From Octopus sinensis (lineage: Eukaryota), in NCBI RefSeq assembly GCF_006345805.1, contig NC_043002.1, forward strand, positions 42,718,001 through 42,782,000: a stretch of DNA of 64,000 bases, written 5' to 3'. Both the position numbers and the translations under genes were made by a program. Below, in pieces: positions 12,826 through 27,134 of the stretch. Within the stretch, counting starts at the first letter, position 1; every line of letters begins with the position of its first letter. The notes beneath the pieces were generated by a model. That model made no database searches. It worked only from the letters and a program-made list of their open reading frames with translations, and had not been told where the DNA came from.

Positions 12826-15427
12826 CTTTGTGGTAACAAGTTTGCTTCCCAACTACATGAATCCAGATTCAGTCCCAGTGTGGCACCTTGGGCAAGGGCA
12901 AGTGTCTTCTACTATAGTCCTGGGCCAGTTAAAGCTTTCTGAGTGTGAAGACAGAAACTGAAAGAAGCCTTTTGCGTATGCACACATGCATTTGTGTCTC
13001 CTTGCTTTGACATTGTGTGATAATTGTAAATGATTGTCACTGTCATTCAAGCAGTGTTTTTTTTTGCCTATCTACCATGAAAATATGTCCAGTCAAGTGG
13101 AAATATTACATTCCTTAGAAACAGGTGAGAGTTGGCAAGAGGAAGTACATCTTGCCATAGAAAATATGTTGCTATGAATTCCATCTGACTCTTGCAAAGA
13201 AAAGTAGATGATGATGATGTGTGTGCATTGAGTTATGTCTCTTGTGTAAAGAAAAATGTAATTTTGCCATTTAATAAATACAGGCCAATAAAATTAGTGT
13301 TTAGCTTATTATACTTGACTAAAACCTTTGAAGGTTGGTTAACAGCTTCAACACAGCCCAGAGACAGTAACTGGTAAAAGAATAAAAGAATTTTTGAGTA
13401 ACACGAATAATAGCTTCTTTTATATTCAATGTTTGATAAACATATATCAAAATATAGAGTTTAAACTATAAGACATTTGGTAGCTTGGAATGAGTTTCAT
13501 GCAACTTAATTTAAGCAGTTTGAATGGCAATAGTATGCAATACTTAATGAGACTAAAGGGACATGAAACTAATTGGTTTGATCTACATTATAAGCTGCAG
13601 AAGTCCTTGTGGTTTATCTACTGGCTCTAATTTCACAGCAATTAAACATATGGATAATATGTACATATTTCTTCATAACCCATGCTTTAATATTCCACTT
13701 ATTAATGTACAAGTTTTCTTGTATGATTATACCCTGAATCAAATGTATCTATGAATTATTTATTTTCCTTTGGTGATTGTCACTTTTGTTTCTACATGTT
13801 TAGAAATTAGGAATTCTGTTTCTCACATCATACTATCTTTACACTGTTTCTCTAATTGTTACTTAGCAAAATCCTTATTTTATTAAAAGAAATTTATTTA
13901 CTTCAATCTCCGTTGCTGGTGTCATTAACTCCTCTGTTGAAATGGAGCATAAAGTTGTTTTTAACTCTTTTGATACCAGTTTGTCTGAATCAGCCTCTGC
14001 TTCTACAATATAAACTTCCTGTTTTAAAGTGATCTAAATTTAAACCTTCCATTAAAATCTCATGTTAATTTGTGTTGTAAACACCACCTTATTAGTAACA
14101 AAGCTATATTAGTAAATTCTTCATTATATTTGCAAGTTATTGAAAAAAAAAAGCAATATATTTCAACAGATATATGTCAACAAAAGGGTTAAACAATCTT
14201 GATATAAAGAAGTACAAAATCTTGAGATCTTCTGCTATGTTGTTAAGTACACTCACTTGATCTGCTGGAAACAGCAATCAAATCTTCCCCTAATCACACT
14301 TTACTATCTTAAAAAAAAGAAGGATGAACATAGATAATGTTCTGCATTACCCTCCCTGAAGACATGATGGTTATAATTGAAATGCCTTTGGTCATAGGTA
14401 TACTGACCTGGAGCTAAACCACAACAATAATGTTTGTACTGGCCAATAAAAAGGATCTATATGTGGTTAGTGACCTCCTAGAAATAGGTATTGTATTCCT
14501 AGCTTATCTAAAATGACAGGATGGCCCTACCTCGAATGCCTTTGATCATAGGTATGCTTAAGCAGAGCTGAATTAAGGCTAAGCTGCAACAATGACTATA
14601 ACTGCATTTGTGTCGTCATGTCTGTTAAACTGTTTGTCTTTGGTTATCTTTGGAGGATAAGATTCCATGTGAAAGTTTCTACTTCAAAACTTTATCATTA
14701 TAGGTGTAGCAAGAATGGCTGTGTGGTGAGAAGTTTATTTCCTGAATCTCATGGTCCTGGTTTCAGTCCTGCTGCATGGTACTTTGAGCAAGTGGCTTCT
14801 ACTGTCCCCCAGGTCAACCAAAGCATTATGAATGGATTTGATATGCAGAAACTGAAAGAAGCCTATCGTGTTTGTGTGTGTGCATGAGTTGTAAACAAAT
14901 GTCACTGTCATATAAGTGGTGTCTTCTGTGAAAATATGTCTAGTCATAGGGGAATATTACTTAACTTGAAAACAAGTGAGGGTTGGTGACAGGGACAACC
15001 TCTGGTTGCAGAAAATCCATTTCAACAAATTCAGCCTCAATAATGCAAGCATGGAGAAGTGGACATTAAACAATGAAGTTGATCTGTTAAGAATAAATAT
15101 GTGTTCAGTACATCCAACTTTTGTTTGATACATCTTTTTATACTTTAATAGAAACCCTCTTAACTAAAATGACTAAATTGGAAAGTCTTTTACTGTTAAC
15201 CTGATTTGTTATTGCTTGAATTGTATGAGAACAGCAATAGAAGCTGAAGTGGCTAGTTACAGTTTCTTGGATGTTTGATATATTCTTTAAATAGATACAG
15301 TCTTAGTTATATCCTTTTTTTTTTTATATGAACTTCCTTTGAATTTCCTACCACAGATATTCAAATATTTTGCTAATAAGTCATCAACCTAGTAAAATAA
15401 TTTACTCTCATTATTATTATTATTATT

Positions 15428-15948
15428 ATGTGAGAGAGCAGTGTATGCCATCAAAGTGACACTGGGGTACAAATATAAGAAGCCGGATATACCCATCATG
15501 ACTACCTGTCTGATAAGGGTACACCAGGCACATGCATCAGAACCATATGTGCATGACATAATGATTTTCTATCAAGATAAACAGTGCATGACCTTTCAGG
15601 TGGGGCCCAGTTAGAATCTTCTTCAGGTTGAGTAGCCTATCCCACTCAAAAGGTCCCTGAATAAGGTTTGTTTAAAGGTGAACCCATGTTTCCAGCAGTG
15701 AATTATCTAAAACCCAAAGAATTCCTCTCAACACATAACTATGATGCTCCCCTACTACTTCTGCTCATGATCAGAGGTGCACATATTGTCAGCTGCTACG
15801 GGACATGCTCAACTGGTTACGGTCAAGCAACTGACAAGTAAATCTGTGGTATTGAGCAGAATATTTGCTGTAGCCCATCTCATGATAACACTTCCAATCA
15901 GTTAAGATCTAAAGCCATGGGAGCCACTGCCTGGTACAGTATCAGGGC

Positions 15949-15955
<7 letters not shown>
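15428..15955. repeat. Dispersed repeat bounded by (ATT)n; second partial copy inverted at about 47580-47850
   Basis: Shared segment gaattcctctcaacaca..atgatgctccc..ctactacttctgctc..gtattgagcagaatatttgctgtagcccatc occurs on opposite strands; class not determined. Confidence 0.7.
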
Positions 15956-15982
<27 letters not shown>

Positions 15983-16009
15983 TTTATTTTTATTATTGTT
16001 GTTGTTGGC

Positions 16010-16480
16010 GGCTCTGCAATATTCAGAGGGCTTTCCTATGCAGATAAAGGTTACTGAGTTCTTCAAATAACATGCTAAGTCTTACTTTGTAGAAGGCCTT
16101 TGTGTAAGCTATGAAACACATGAAGATGTCTTTTTGCATCTCTACCACCTGCTTCGTTAACATTCTCAATACAAAAATAGCATTACTAGCACCAGCACCC
16201 CTTATAAAAGCCAAACTGTTCAATTCCAATCTCAAGTGTTATTCTACTTCTTGCCCACAGAAGTAAAATTCTCAGAATGATCTTTGTAGTGTGACTCATG
16301 AGATTAACTGTGCAATGTTGTTTACTGTGCACAACTTCTGATTTCTTTGAGTGCAGTAAAGATGGATTTACTCAGACTTCTGGAAATTTCTCATCATCAT
16401 AGATCTTGTTTACTACATCTATCAGTTTTCTAACCATATTGTTATAATGCTTTTATCATCTCAATGACAGTTTTTAAATA
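16010..16480 (-). mobile_element. Degenerate RTE RT fragment
   Basis: FIRGAGASNAIFVLRML...EMQKDIFMCFIAYTKAFYKVR resembles the RTE motif GF..G.GTR.AIF..R...CFIDY.KAFD.V. Confidence 0.8.
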
Positions 16481-16755
16481 TATGTATCTTTTTTTTTTTC
16501 ATATCTGGTAATGTGTCATATCAAATACAGTAGTCAGTTTTAGTCGAAGAAAGTTAAGAAGGAAAAAGGAAAGCCCACTGTCCAAAGATTCCTGTGCTAG
16601 TATTGAGGGAGTTGCCATTCATTTCATTTTAGTCCAGTCATTTATCCAAATATCTTTTTTTTCTGTTACTTTTTGATAGGTGATTCTGGCAAAAGATGAT
16701 TCTAAGTTACTACTTGTTTACTTGTTCATCATTCTTTTGCTGATTTACTGATTTT

Positions 16756-17135
16756 GGAGGTGCAATGGCCCAGTGGTTAGGGCAGCGGACTCACAGTCGT
16801 AGGATCACGGTTTCGATTCCCAGACCGGGCGTTGTGAGTGTTTATTGAGCGAAAACACCTAAAGCTCCACGAGGCTCCGACAGGGGTGGGGTGATCCCTG
16901 CTGTACTCTTTCACCACAACTTTCTCTCACTCTTACTTCCTGTTTCTGTTGTACCTGTATTTCAAAGGGCCGGCCTTGTCACTCTCTGTGTCACGCTGAA
17001 TATCCCCGAGAACTACGTTAAGGGTACACATGTCTGTGGAGTGCTCAGCCACTTACACGTTAATTTCACGAGCAGGCTGTTCCGTTGATTCGGATCAACC
17101 GGAACCCTCGTCGTCGTAACCGACGGAGTGCTTCC
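16756..17135 (+). mobile_element. tRNA-derived SINE, family C, with probable target-site duplication
   Basis: Same A/B boxes; flanked by the direct repeat TACTGATT at 16746-16753 and 17137-17144. Confidence 0.9.
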
Positions 17136-18160
17136 ATACTGATTCCATAATGAAAGAAACTATTGCAATTAGAAAGATGGCATCAACAGAACGTTTATAA
17201 GTTAGGAAGACTAACTTTGTGAGTTTTTTTGCACATCAGTCTTCCAAATATGTTGTCTCTTCTTCCTGTTAATGAGTGTTATTAATACTTAAAATGATTG
17301 TTTGTGGTAACTACATTTTTAATATTTTTAGCACTTTATATACTTATGCTTAGCTATCATGTTAAATATATTGATTTATGATGATGATGTATTAAGTTTG
17401 CAGGGGCTTTTTCCCTCTTGTTCTTTAGAATAATTTCTAGCTCATCATCTAAGACTCTTATACACAAATAGCAAGTGCTTAAGAGAGGAAAAGAGGGAGA
17501 GAGTATGTGTGAGGAAGATTCCAGATCTCTTAAATTATTCAAAGCTAACTTGAAATTGACATTCTTGCTATTATCCTTGAGAAAGCCATCTAGATTAATA
17601 TATATTACTCTATTGTAATGTATATGACTGACTTCTTGGTTTTGTTTAATATGCAATGTGTGTGTGTTTGTGTGTAATGTATAAAATAATGTGAATTATT
17701 CTCATTGTACATAAAACTGAAAGCACAATTTATTTTAACAAAAGCTATACCAATAGATATTTTTTAAAACATCTCTATGACTAAGTTTAGCAATATTACA
17801 CACACTAGTAATATTCTGTGTATTAGTATTTTTATTGCCATCATGAATATCTTTCGTCTTTCCTACTTGACACATTTTTTCATTGTTAGTTTTTATGACT
17901 GTGCAATTTTCTTCGTTTCACACCTCTTTCCTATTATTATGTGCTCTATCTAGTTATTTCATCTCTAGCACTAGAAAACTAGTTCCCTGATGTAGCTAGC
18001 TGTAATGATTGAACAATGTTATAAGTATATGAGAGAAACATTACCAACTTGATATCCTGGTAGCTGCTATTTGTGACCAAACACACATCGATGTATCGAG
18101 TTTCTCATTAAATACATGTTGCACTCAAATTTCTATGTATTTTTTTTTCCTTTCATTTAG

Positions 18161-18226
18161 GACTTTGTTGTTCTAAAGGAGGAGGGCGAGAAGGGGCTCA
18201 CTTTATGATCATTCTGAACTGATAAG
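18161..18226 (+). other. Candidate non-coding 5'UTR exon (possibly of CUL1)
   Basis: Strong acceptor ttttttttcctttcatttag and donor aag|gttagt around 66 nt of non-repetitive sequence with stops in all three frames. No transcript evidence. Confidence 0.3.
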
Positions 18227-18937
18227 GTTAGTTTTGTTAATATTTAGTTACAATTTGCTAGTTACAATTTGGTGGTGATTTAAGATAGATAGAACAAGCA
18301 GGATCTACAACAGTGGATCTCAATTGGGGTCCATATAAGATTTTGGTGTTAGAATTTATCTGCAATAAACTGGTTATATTTCTACATTTCACAAAATATT
18401 TATGCCTTTTTTAAAATATAATTCCTAATAATATTTAATCATAGAAATATAATAGAAGTTTTTAGACATCACTGATTATGATGGTCTCCCTCCCCTGAAT
18501 AAAATAGGAATCAAAGGGTGTCGATATTTGTGAGCACTTTCATAGTTCTTATTCTTTTCCCTTTGTATATATTACTCTAGCAGAGAGGAGGGGTTGTAGT
18601 GTTGTAGAATAAGGCACTAATTATTATATATATTTTCTTTGTAGAAAGACCTCCCAACTAATTAAACACTTGTCAATAAATGGAATGGAACTGCTTATAG
18701 TGAATTCTACTATCACATAGTGCTTATTTACTGTATGGTAACATTGAAACATCTTTACTTCATTCTAGTAATAAAATACAAATTGTCACTTAACATTTGA
18801 CCCACAAATGAATAACTCAGCTGGCTGGTTGCTCATATATTTTAATGATAATCTACCAATTCTTGTATGTACTGTTCTCTCTCTCTTTCTATGTATATAT
18901 GTACATACACACACACACACACACACACATTACATAT

Positions 18938-19346
18938 GGGCACAGGAGTGGCGGTGTGGTAAGTAGCTTGCTTACCAACCATATGGTTCTAGGATCAGTC
19001 CCATTGTGTGGCACCTTAGAGAAGTGTCGTCTACTATAGCCTCGGGCCGACCAAAGCCTTGTGAGTGAATTTGGTGGGCGGAAACTGAAAGAAGCCCGTT
19101 GTGTATTATCTATGTGAGTGTGTGTGTATATGTTTGTGTGTCTGTGTTTGTCTCCCCGCTGCAACATTGCTTGACAACCGATGCTGGTGCGTTTATATCC
19201 CAGTAACTTAGCAGTTTGGTAAAAGAGAGCAATAGAATAAGTACTAGGCTTACAAAGAATAAGTCTTGGGGTCGATTTGCTCGACTAGAGGTGGTGCTCC
19301 AGCATGGCCGCAGTCAAATGACTGAAACAAGTAAACAAATAGTAAA
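18938..19346 (+). mobile_element. tRNA-derived SINE, family A (CORE-like central segment), full length
   Basis: Head ggcacaggagtggcggtgtggtaagtagcttgc, central gtggcaccttagagaag..ggaaactgaaagaagccc, tail caaatgactgaaacaagtaaa. Its 3' half recurs on the - strand at about 42629-42840. Confidence 0.85.
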
Positions 19347-19354
19347 TATATATA

Positions 19355-19401
<47 letters not shown>

Positions 19402-19855
19402 AATTGTAAATTTTAGACATCCTTAAATTTAACATTATCCATTAATTTTGTCTCAATTTATAATGTTAGTAAAGCTTACTGTTTTCCCTGAGATAAGTTA
19501 ATTGACAGATTTATCTAAAAGAAGAAAGATTTAGAAAAACTTTTACTAGATTCTAAAATCTTTGTACCTATTATTTACGAAACTATTCAAGCACAAAGAA
19601 AATAATCTAACATAATGATTTCCTTGGTATTATAACATCTAATGACTCTGTTTATGGTTTTATTCTTATATATTTATTCCACTCTGTTACTACCGTTAAT
19701 GTTTTATTTTTCTTCATTTTTAATCATCCATTTTATCTGTATCACTAACAACTTTCTTCACACATATATCAATAATGATTACAGCATTTTTATTTTGCAG
19801 ACATTTTAATGTTTATATCTTTACACCAAAATTTCATTCTCAGTTGCCTCCTCCA

Positions 19856-19893
<38 letters not shown>

Positions 19894-21360
19894 CTGTATG
19901 TGTATGTGTATGTATCTTGGGCTGTGAATTCATGGAGAGTTGGAGAAAATGTATCAACTTCATCTAAATGTGAAATTCTGAATGAAATACAGACACATGT
20001 GAAAGCGCAGGCACACACATGCACATGTGAAAGCACATGCACACACACATGTGAAAGCGCATGTGCATACACACATGTATATACAGAGCTCCTCTACAAC
20101 AAGAAATCTGTTCTGCTGTAGTCCCTTCTCTCATACTTTTATCTATCTTTTGCTCTTCATCTTTTAGCACAAAGTTGCCCCCTATGGGGTTTGTTGTCTT
20201 GCAGGTTGCATGATGGTCTCACTAGTGGTGGTGGCTCAAAAACCAAGTACATGCTGTGAAGTGTTAGTGTTAGGAAGGATATCTAGCCATAGAAACTATG
20301 CCAAAACAGACACTAGATCACAATGCAGTTCTTGGGCCTATCAGATCCTGTCAAATTGTCCAACCCATGCCAGCATGAAGCATGGATGTTAAATTACAGT
20401 GACTTACAAAATATACACACACAAACTATGCATGCACAGCCAATACACACACATACACACAAAATATCATGTGTTAAATTTTCCATTTTCACAGATACTA
20501 ATTTATATAATTTCATTGATACTAATTTTAAAATAAATCAGATTTAAGGGCTTATATGAAGAAGGATTGAGAAGAGGCAATTTTGTTTCTTAGAATGTGA
20601 TGATAGTAAATTTTGGATTTGGATTTTTCATAACTTTTACTCTTCTCAGTAGATATGTTTGTTTAATAAATTTTGTAGAAATAAAGTTTTCGCTCCTTTA
20701 CAATATAAATTTTATTTCATTTCATGCCATCTTTTATATTGCATTCACTTCAGTTTTATATTTCCTTTAGCATTCAGATTATCCTGTCAAATGTAATCCT
20801 TATCTGTTCACATGGTTTTGAATTAATCATGCATTATCTTGTAGTTTTGAGATTTTGATGGCGTGACTGTTTATTTTTGTAATGACATTGTAGCATAGGT
20901 GTAAGAGGTTGAAACTGGCTAGTTTGAACATAAAACGGGCAGAAAATTTGGGCCAGGTATGGCTGGTTTAATTGCTAAAGGATTAATTTTGAAAAGGAAG
21001 GTTTATATATCTAATTGAATTTAAAAAATTTAATGTCTGCTTGCCTGTTTGTGTGTTTTTGAATTTTAGAAGAAATTGTATATTGTGGGATTAAAACGTT
21101 TTCACTAGTGTACTTTTTTATTCAGAAGCCTTTTCACCTAAAATAACTTCCATATAGTCCTGAGCCTTAAAACCCTCAAAAGAGATATCTTGTACCTGAT
21201 TATATCAACATAGCAAAGAAACGTTTTTCTTTTCTCTGTTGATAGCCAACAGACAATAGAAAACAAGGCACTTGTGCTGAATGAAACAGACATACTTAAG
21301 AAAACACACTCATACAAAATTTAGACACATACTTATTTAAGACCTTCATTTTCTATAGAG

Positions 21361-21683
21361 CAGTGGCTCTTAAGCAGGGCCCATATGACACCTGAGGGTC
21401 CATATAATAATTTTGGGTGTTCATGGTAGCAAAATAGTAAATTGAAGATCCACCATAGTATTTTAAGTGTCCATGGAAAATTTTGATTTAGATGTCTTCC
21501 TTGCAAGAAACAGCTTTGTTTCCTTCTCTACCGTTTTACTTAGTTCAAACTACACAAGTGAATGTGTGAAAAATGAAATAGGACTTTTGAAAAAAAGTTT
21601 CTATAAAACTTGGCTATGGGGGTCCACCGGAATAAAATAGTATTCAAAGGGGTCCATAGATAAAAAATGGTTGAGAACCACTG
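21361..21683. mobile_element. hAT (Charlie-like) MITE
   Basis: TIRs CAGTGGCTCTTAA / TTGAGAACCACTG; 8-bp flanks CTATAGAG / CTATAGAT (7 of 8 match) fit an hAT TSD. Confidence 0.85.
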
Positions 21684-22201
21684 CTATAGATTATCAACCA
21701 CTTTTCTACACTGTTTTTGATTTGGGGTTGTCTTGTTGGCTCTGGATTGTTGTCAGTGTTTCTGTAACTTCGTTTTTTTTCTAGGTAGGGGTTTTGGCCC
21801 TATGCAAACCCTTTTTTACCTTTGAGAATAGGTGGTTCGTATTAGTCGTTCTTTGGCCTGTCCAGCATGGGAGACCCTACCAGGAGTTTGGGTTCTGCTG
21901 GCAGGGCTCTCAGTATCATTTGATGCACACAAGCCATCATACTGTGACAATGACTGGACCCTGTGGTGGTTAGACACGTAGACAAAACATAAATATTAAA
22001 CACACACACACACTCCATTCATGAATAGATATTAGAAAATCAAGTATGCACATGTGCAATAACCAGCACAAACATTCAAATGAAAATATATGCACACACA
22101 AACACACATAGACAAGATACATATAAAACACATAACATTTTGTGAATATAACAATGTAACATTTTGTGAATGAACAATATTTTAGTGTTTGTGAGTATGT
22201 A

Positions 22202-22232
<31 letters not shown>

Positions 22233-23134
22233 GTAAGTAAAAGTCAAAGATAAAAGAAGAATGATATCTGTTCTCCTGAAGTAAAGATACATGTATTTAT
22301 AGTCATTAAGTGAATGTGTGTAATATATGCCTACATATATATAGTCACTCACACACACACATATATATATATATATATTTACTTCCACAAAACAGTTGAC
22401 TATAAAAGGGAACAACACACGAACAGTTGTGTATGTGTATCATTTCCTTTTGTAGTCATATATTGGAATGTACATAAAATTTAAGGAAGTAAGAGAAAAA
22501 GAGATCCTGTACTAATGTTAAAAGTAATATAACAGTGTTTGAAATAAAATATTTATGTAGAATTACAATGATTCTCATGCAGTTTGGCCACTAACTGATT
22601 ATTTTATTTGTTACTTACCCTCAGAGTTTCACTTGTCATTTGTTAAGTTGTTTTAGATGTTCAGCTTTCTTTGATAAACTTTAGATTTTTGAACTGGTAA
22701 TTAAAGATATTCCGGATGCTCTTTATAACATTTTTATGGTATATTTCTTTTATATCCCTTACTTTATGTCCTTTTAATAAAACAGCAACTTTTTCTTTTT
22801 AATTTTGTAAATGTTGTTTTAGACTTCATTGTTTTGTAACATCTTTAATAAATAAATAAATAAATTAATAACAACAACAATAGCTACAACAATAATAATG
22901 GTTTCAAATTTAAGCTCAAAGTCAGCAATTTTGGGGGAGGGGTAAGTCAGTTGCATCAACCCCAGAGCTCAAATGGTACTTATTTTATTGACCTCAAAAG
23001 GATGAAAGGCAAAGTCGGTCTCAGCAGAATTTGAAATCAAAATGTAAAGATGGATGAAATGCTGGTAATCATTTTGCCTGATGTGCTAATGATTCTGCCA
23101 GCTCACTGCCTTGATGATGATGATGATAATAATA

Positions 23135-23188
<54 letters not shown>

Positions 23189-23209
23189 GTAGTAGTAGTA
23201 GTAGTTGTT

Positions 23210-23660
23210 AGAGAGAGAAAGGCAAGTCAGAGAGTGCCTGAGTCAGAAACTTGCAAAATCCTGTAGATTTCCTGATGCGAACGGATCAGGTGTTTGAGCA
23301 CAACTAACCAGACTTAATGGTGGTGAACAAATTAAACCATGTATGCTCTGTAATTGATGTTTTATGCCCATTAAGAAGACAATAAAGTAGAAGTGTATAT
23401 CCAATTATTATTGAGGCCTTAGGGACAGTATCAAAACATATTTAGAGGAAGATATAGAAAATGGGAATTGGGTGTGCAGTAGAGTTGTTGCAAAATGTTT
23501 GCCTCCTTGGGATGACCAGAATCATCGGGAAAGTACTTGATAGTTGCAGAGAACAAATAGCATGGCACCATAAGCTACAGGTGTCAAGCCTGCCACTCAT
23601 GCAACATTACAGGAGTTCCAACAAAACATGAGTTAGAAGATATATTATAACAATGATAAA
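23210..23660 (+). mobile_element. R4/Dong-clade non-LTR retrotransposon 3' fragment (restriction-like endonuclease region)
   Basis: With frameshifts corrected it reads CKILWDFLMRTDQVFEHN*PDLMVVNK...CSVIDVLCP...PIIIEALGTVSK...ELLQNVCLLGMTRIIGKVLD; directly follows a long (TAA)n tract. Confidence 0.75.
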
Positions 23661-24931
23661 AGGTGCAGTAACATAAAAACCTAAATTTAAACTGATTAAG
23701 GTGCTTGGCTTTGCATATCATGTGCTTTCAGTCAATGTAAGAAATATATGATTAGTGTAATTACAAATAGAGGAGTTGGAATCTGTGAAGAGTTGAAGTC
23801 AAAGGTTTTTGTGTACCAACTCCACATATTGTGTATGTATTCAGGGTTGACTGATTCAGAAGCTTGCTTTCCAGACAATGTGGTCTTGGGTTTAGTCCCA
23901 CTTCATGGAGCCTTGGGCAACTATCTTCTATTATAGACCAGACTGATCAAAGCCTTGCAAGTGGATTTGGTACATGAAAACTGCAAGAAGTCTGTTGTGT
24001 GTGTGTGTAATCTTGTCTGACATCTTGTGATGGTTATAAACAAACATCATCATCATACAAGCAATGTTGTTAGTTTCCAGTTTTCTGTGAAAAACAGCCT
24101 GGTAAATAGAAAAATATTACCTTGATTAGAAACAGGTGAAAGTTAGTGAGAGGAAGGGCATTCAGCCATAGAAAATCTGCCTTAAATTCCATCTGACCTA
24201 TGTAATCATGGAAAAGTGGATGTTAAATGATGAAATGATGACTGCTATGTATGTATAAATGTCTCTGTGTATCATCATCATTTAAAGTCCATTTTCCATT
24301 GCCCATTTTCCATTGCCTGATTCCATTGCCTCTATTGCCTGATTTGGCATGTATGTTTATATATCTGTGTGTATACACACACACATACATACACCTGTTT
24401 GCTAGCAGCTGTTTTGTGTATTGTGGATGGTGATTTAAAGGCTAAAAAACTTCAGTGTATTGGTGACTTTGACATTGTCACTATTAATGCAGTTTTCTGT
24501 GTAGTTTTCGACAAAGCAAAATGAGCTGATGGATTAGTTGGGAAGAAAACACCTGTTTTATGTGATATGAAATCAAGGTTCTGGGAAACTCAGTTGGGGT
24601 GTGTTTCATTAATTTTCATTGTGATTTATTGACAGTCATTGTGAAAACCAATTAGATTGGATACTGTAATGAAATTGTGATTAGCAGGGTATACAAGGAG
24701 GTCTCAGTATAATCCTTAACACAATAGCATGCTTTCCATTTTGAGATAATATGACCTTTAATTATGTTATTTTTTATTGGAATTCGTGTTCCATTTCAAA
24801 ATTCATTAGTGTTATTTAAATTTTGCAAAAACATGACAACATTCTCCTTTTTCAAGGCCAAAGTATGGTAGGAGACATTTCACTAAAATTAAGGCAAAAT
24901 ATCATGCACGACGCTTATCAAATTTTGATAG

Positions 24932-24964
<33 letters not shown>

Positions 24965-25835
24965 CATGTATGTGTGGGAGCATATGGTCTAGTAGTTAGG
25001 GCGTTGCACTCACTTAGATGAGATCATGGTTTCAGTTCCTGGACTGAGTGGTATGTTGTGTTCTTGAACAAAACACTTCATCTCAAGTTGCTCTACCATC
25101 ACGGGAAAACCTGACATATGGCTCACTGTGCACCTGTTGAGCCTACATTGATTTGATGGAGGGAGTGAGCGAATGTATAGCACAAACATTTGATCATTAT
25201 AAACAAATCATTTGTGCTAGTTGTTGAGCAAGAAATAGCAGAACTGTCTTTTTCAGACAATGAGAGACAACCATCATCATCAGTATGTGTGTATGTAATG
25301 TATATATACATGTATGTGTATATGAATATAATAATGTATTGAATTCTATTTATCCTGTTTGTTATATGAAACCTGTACATTTATGAATGTGTGTATGTGT
25401 GTGTAATGTGCTGAAATTTGAATTTTTGACTTAAATTAATTAGTCATTAAAGACTTATTTTTGATTTTTGACTAGTGTGTGTTGTGTGTGTGTTTATTTT
25501 AGCATTGTATTGTTTCATAAGTATTGTCTTCATTATTAATTGGCTAATATAAGTATAGATGTGTTGGCCACAAATGTTTTCCTGTTGAGTTGGTTTTTGT
25601 GTGGTGTAGTGTAATGTCTTTACTTCTTGTAGTAAGTATATGATGAGCCATCGTAATTGTATCAACTGTATGGCAAATATAATAGCTGGAACTATGAATT
25701 TCATTGGCAACAGAGACATTTTCTCTCTAAGTGCAGTGCATACCGTTTGATACATGTGTGCAAAGTTGTATGGTATGTTTGTCTGCATGAATGACTTCAC
25801 AAGTTAATTAAAAAGAAAAAAAACAACTGGGTTTA

Positions 25836-25906
25836 AGTGGGTTTATGGGCAGTGTGTATAAGTGGGTTTATGAACAGTGTGTATAAGTGAGTTTATGAGC
25901 AGAGTG
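25836..25906. repeat. 25-bp tandem repeat, about 2.8 copies
   Basis: agtgggtttatg(gg/aa)cagtgtgtata units at 25836, 25861 and 25886. Confidence 0.8.
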
Positions 25907-27134
25907 AAGACTGTGCTCAGGTCTCCAACTTAGCTGTGTTGTATCTCTAACTTTCTTCAACTGTTTCCATTGATTATCATGGAATGTTCTCAGGAGAATT
26001 TCCTGACTGTTACGTAGGTCAAGATTTCACTGTCACTGACCCCCAACCATACCGGCAACTTTGCCCAATTAGTTGTTGAACAACTCAGTGATTTTGCATT
26101 GTATATTATCATGAAAAATCATGTAGTCATGGCAGTTAGAATCCACAGGTGTGTGGCTGTTTGAACAGGTCTCGGTCATGCACAATACTAAGATTCAGGA
26201 AGGATTGTTTCAAGTACCTATGCACTACCTTCACTGGTGATCTCCATATTTGGTGTTTCTGATTGTTGAGCATTGTTGTCTTCTGTTTGTGACATACTAC
26301 TGTGGATTTATTGGTTGGCGTCAGCTCAAGGCACAGTGGATAGGATATGAATATAAGTGCAGTGGTAGAGATGGTTGGACAGGGTGAGTAGGCAAGGGGG
26401 TGATGAGAGGGGAAATTTCATAAGAATGTGAAACAGATGGAGTAGAGATGGTCACAGATGGAATAGAGGTGACTGTAGCAAATGATGGTGTGAGATATAG
26501 GAGTGGCTCAAGGGTTGTGGTAGATATGTAAGGGCATTGAGAGTGATGATAATAACAGGAGATAAGAGAGGTGTTAATGATGGAGTATAGCAGATTGAAA
26601 AATGCAATGGGGTAATAATATATAATGCATTTTTCGTGTCACTGGCACTATTGAAGTCACCATGTATCTCACAAGTCAGAAAAACCCTGGGAGTGAAAAT
26701 GTTGCTTCTGTATGTTAGGTAGGGGTTTAGGTATGGGAGAAGTTGGAGTAGAGGATTTTCTTCTACAGGAGCTAGATGGCTGCTCATATTCAGGAGAGAG
26801 AATGAGGATGAATTAGACGTATCTCCAAGGAAGCACACAGTGGTGATGAGGTGTCCTGGTGGCACCTCAGGTAACAGGAGTAGAAGCAGGTGGGGGAAAT
26901 GAGGGTTTACCGGGGTGTATGTGGGGAAGAGATAGGGGAAGTGGGAAAGGGAGGTAAGCAATATCTGTAAGGATTGAGGGGAGGGGGTTGCTTGAGTTGG
27001 GAAGGCTACAGAGAGTGAGAGAGATGACATGTTTTGGTTGGTAGATTATTGGAGCAGTGTAGAGAGGTAAAACAGGCGTAATGCATAAGAGATAATTTGG
27101 TGGTGAAGGAAGGCCACTTTAACACTGCATGGCA

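Noticed and set aside
17357-17656. 99-aa minus-strand ORF
   Set aside because: No recognisable domain, no splice context, and a length compatible with chance.
25950-27030. Penelope-like RT/GIY-YIG relic on the minus strand (192-aa ORF)
   Set aside because: Only vague motif echoes in pyrimidine-biased sequence; not supportable without a profile search.
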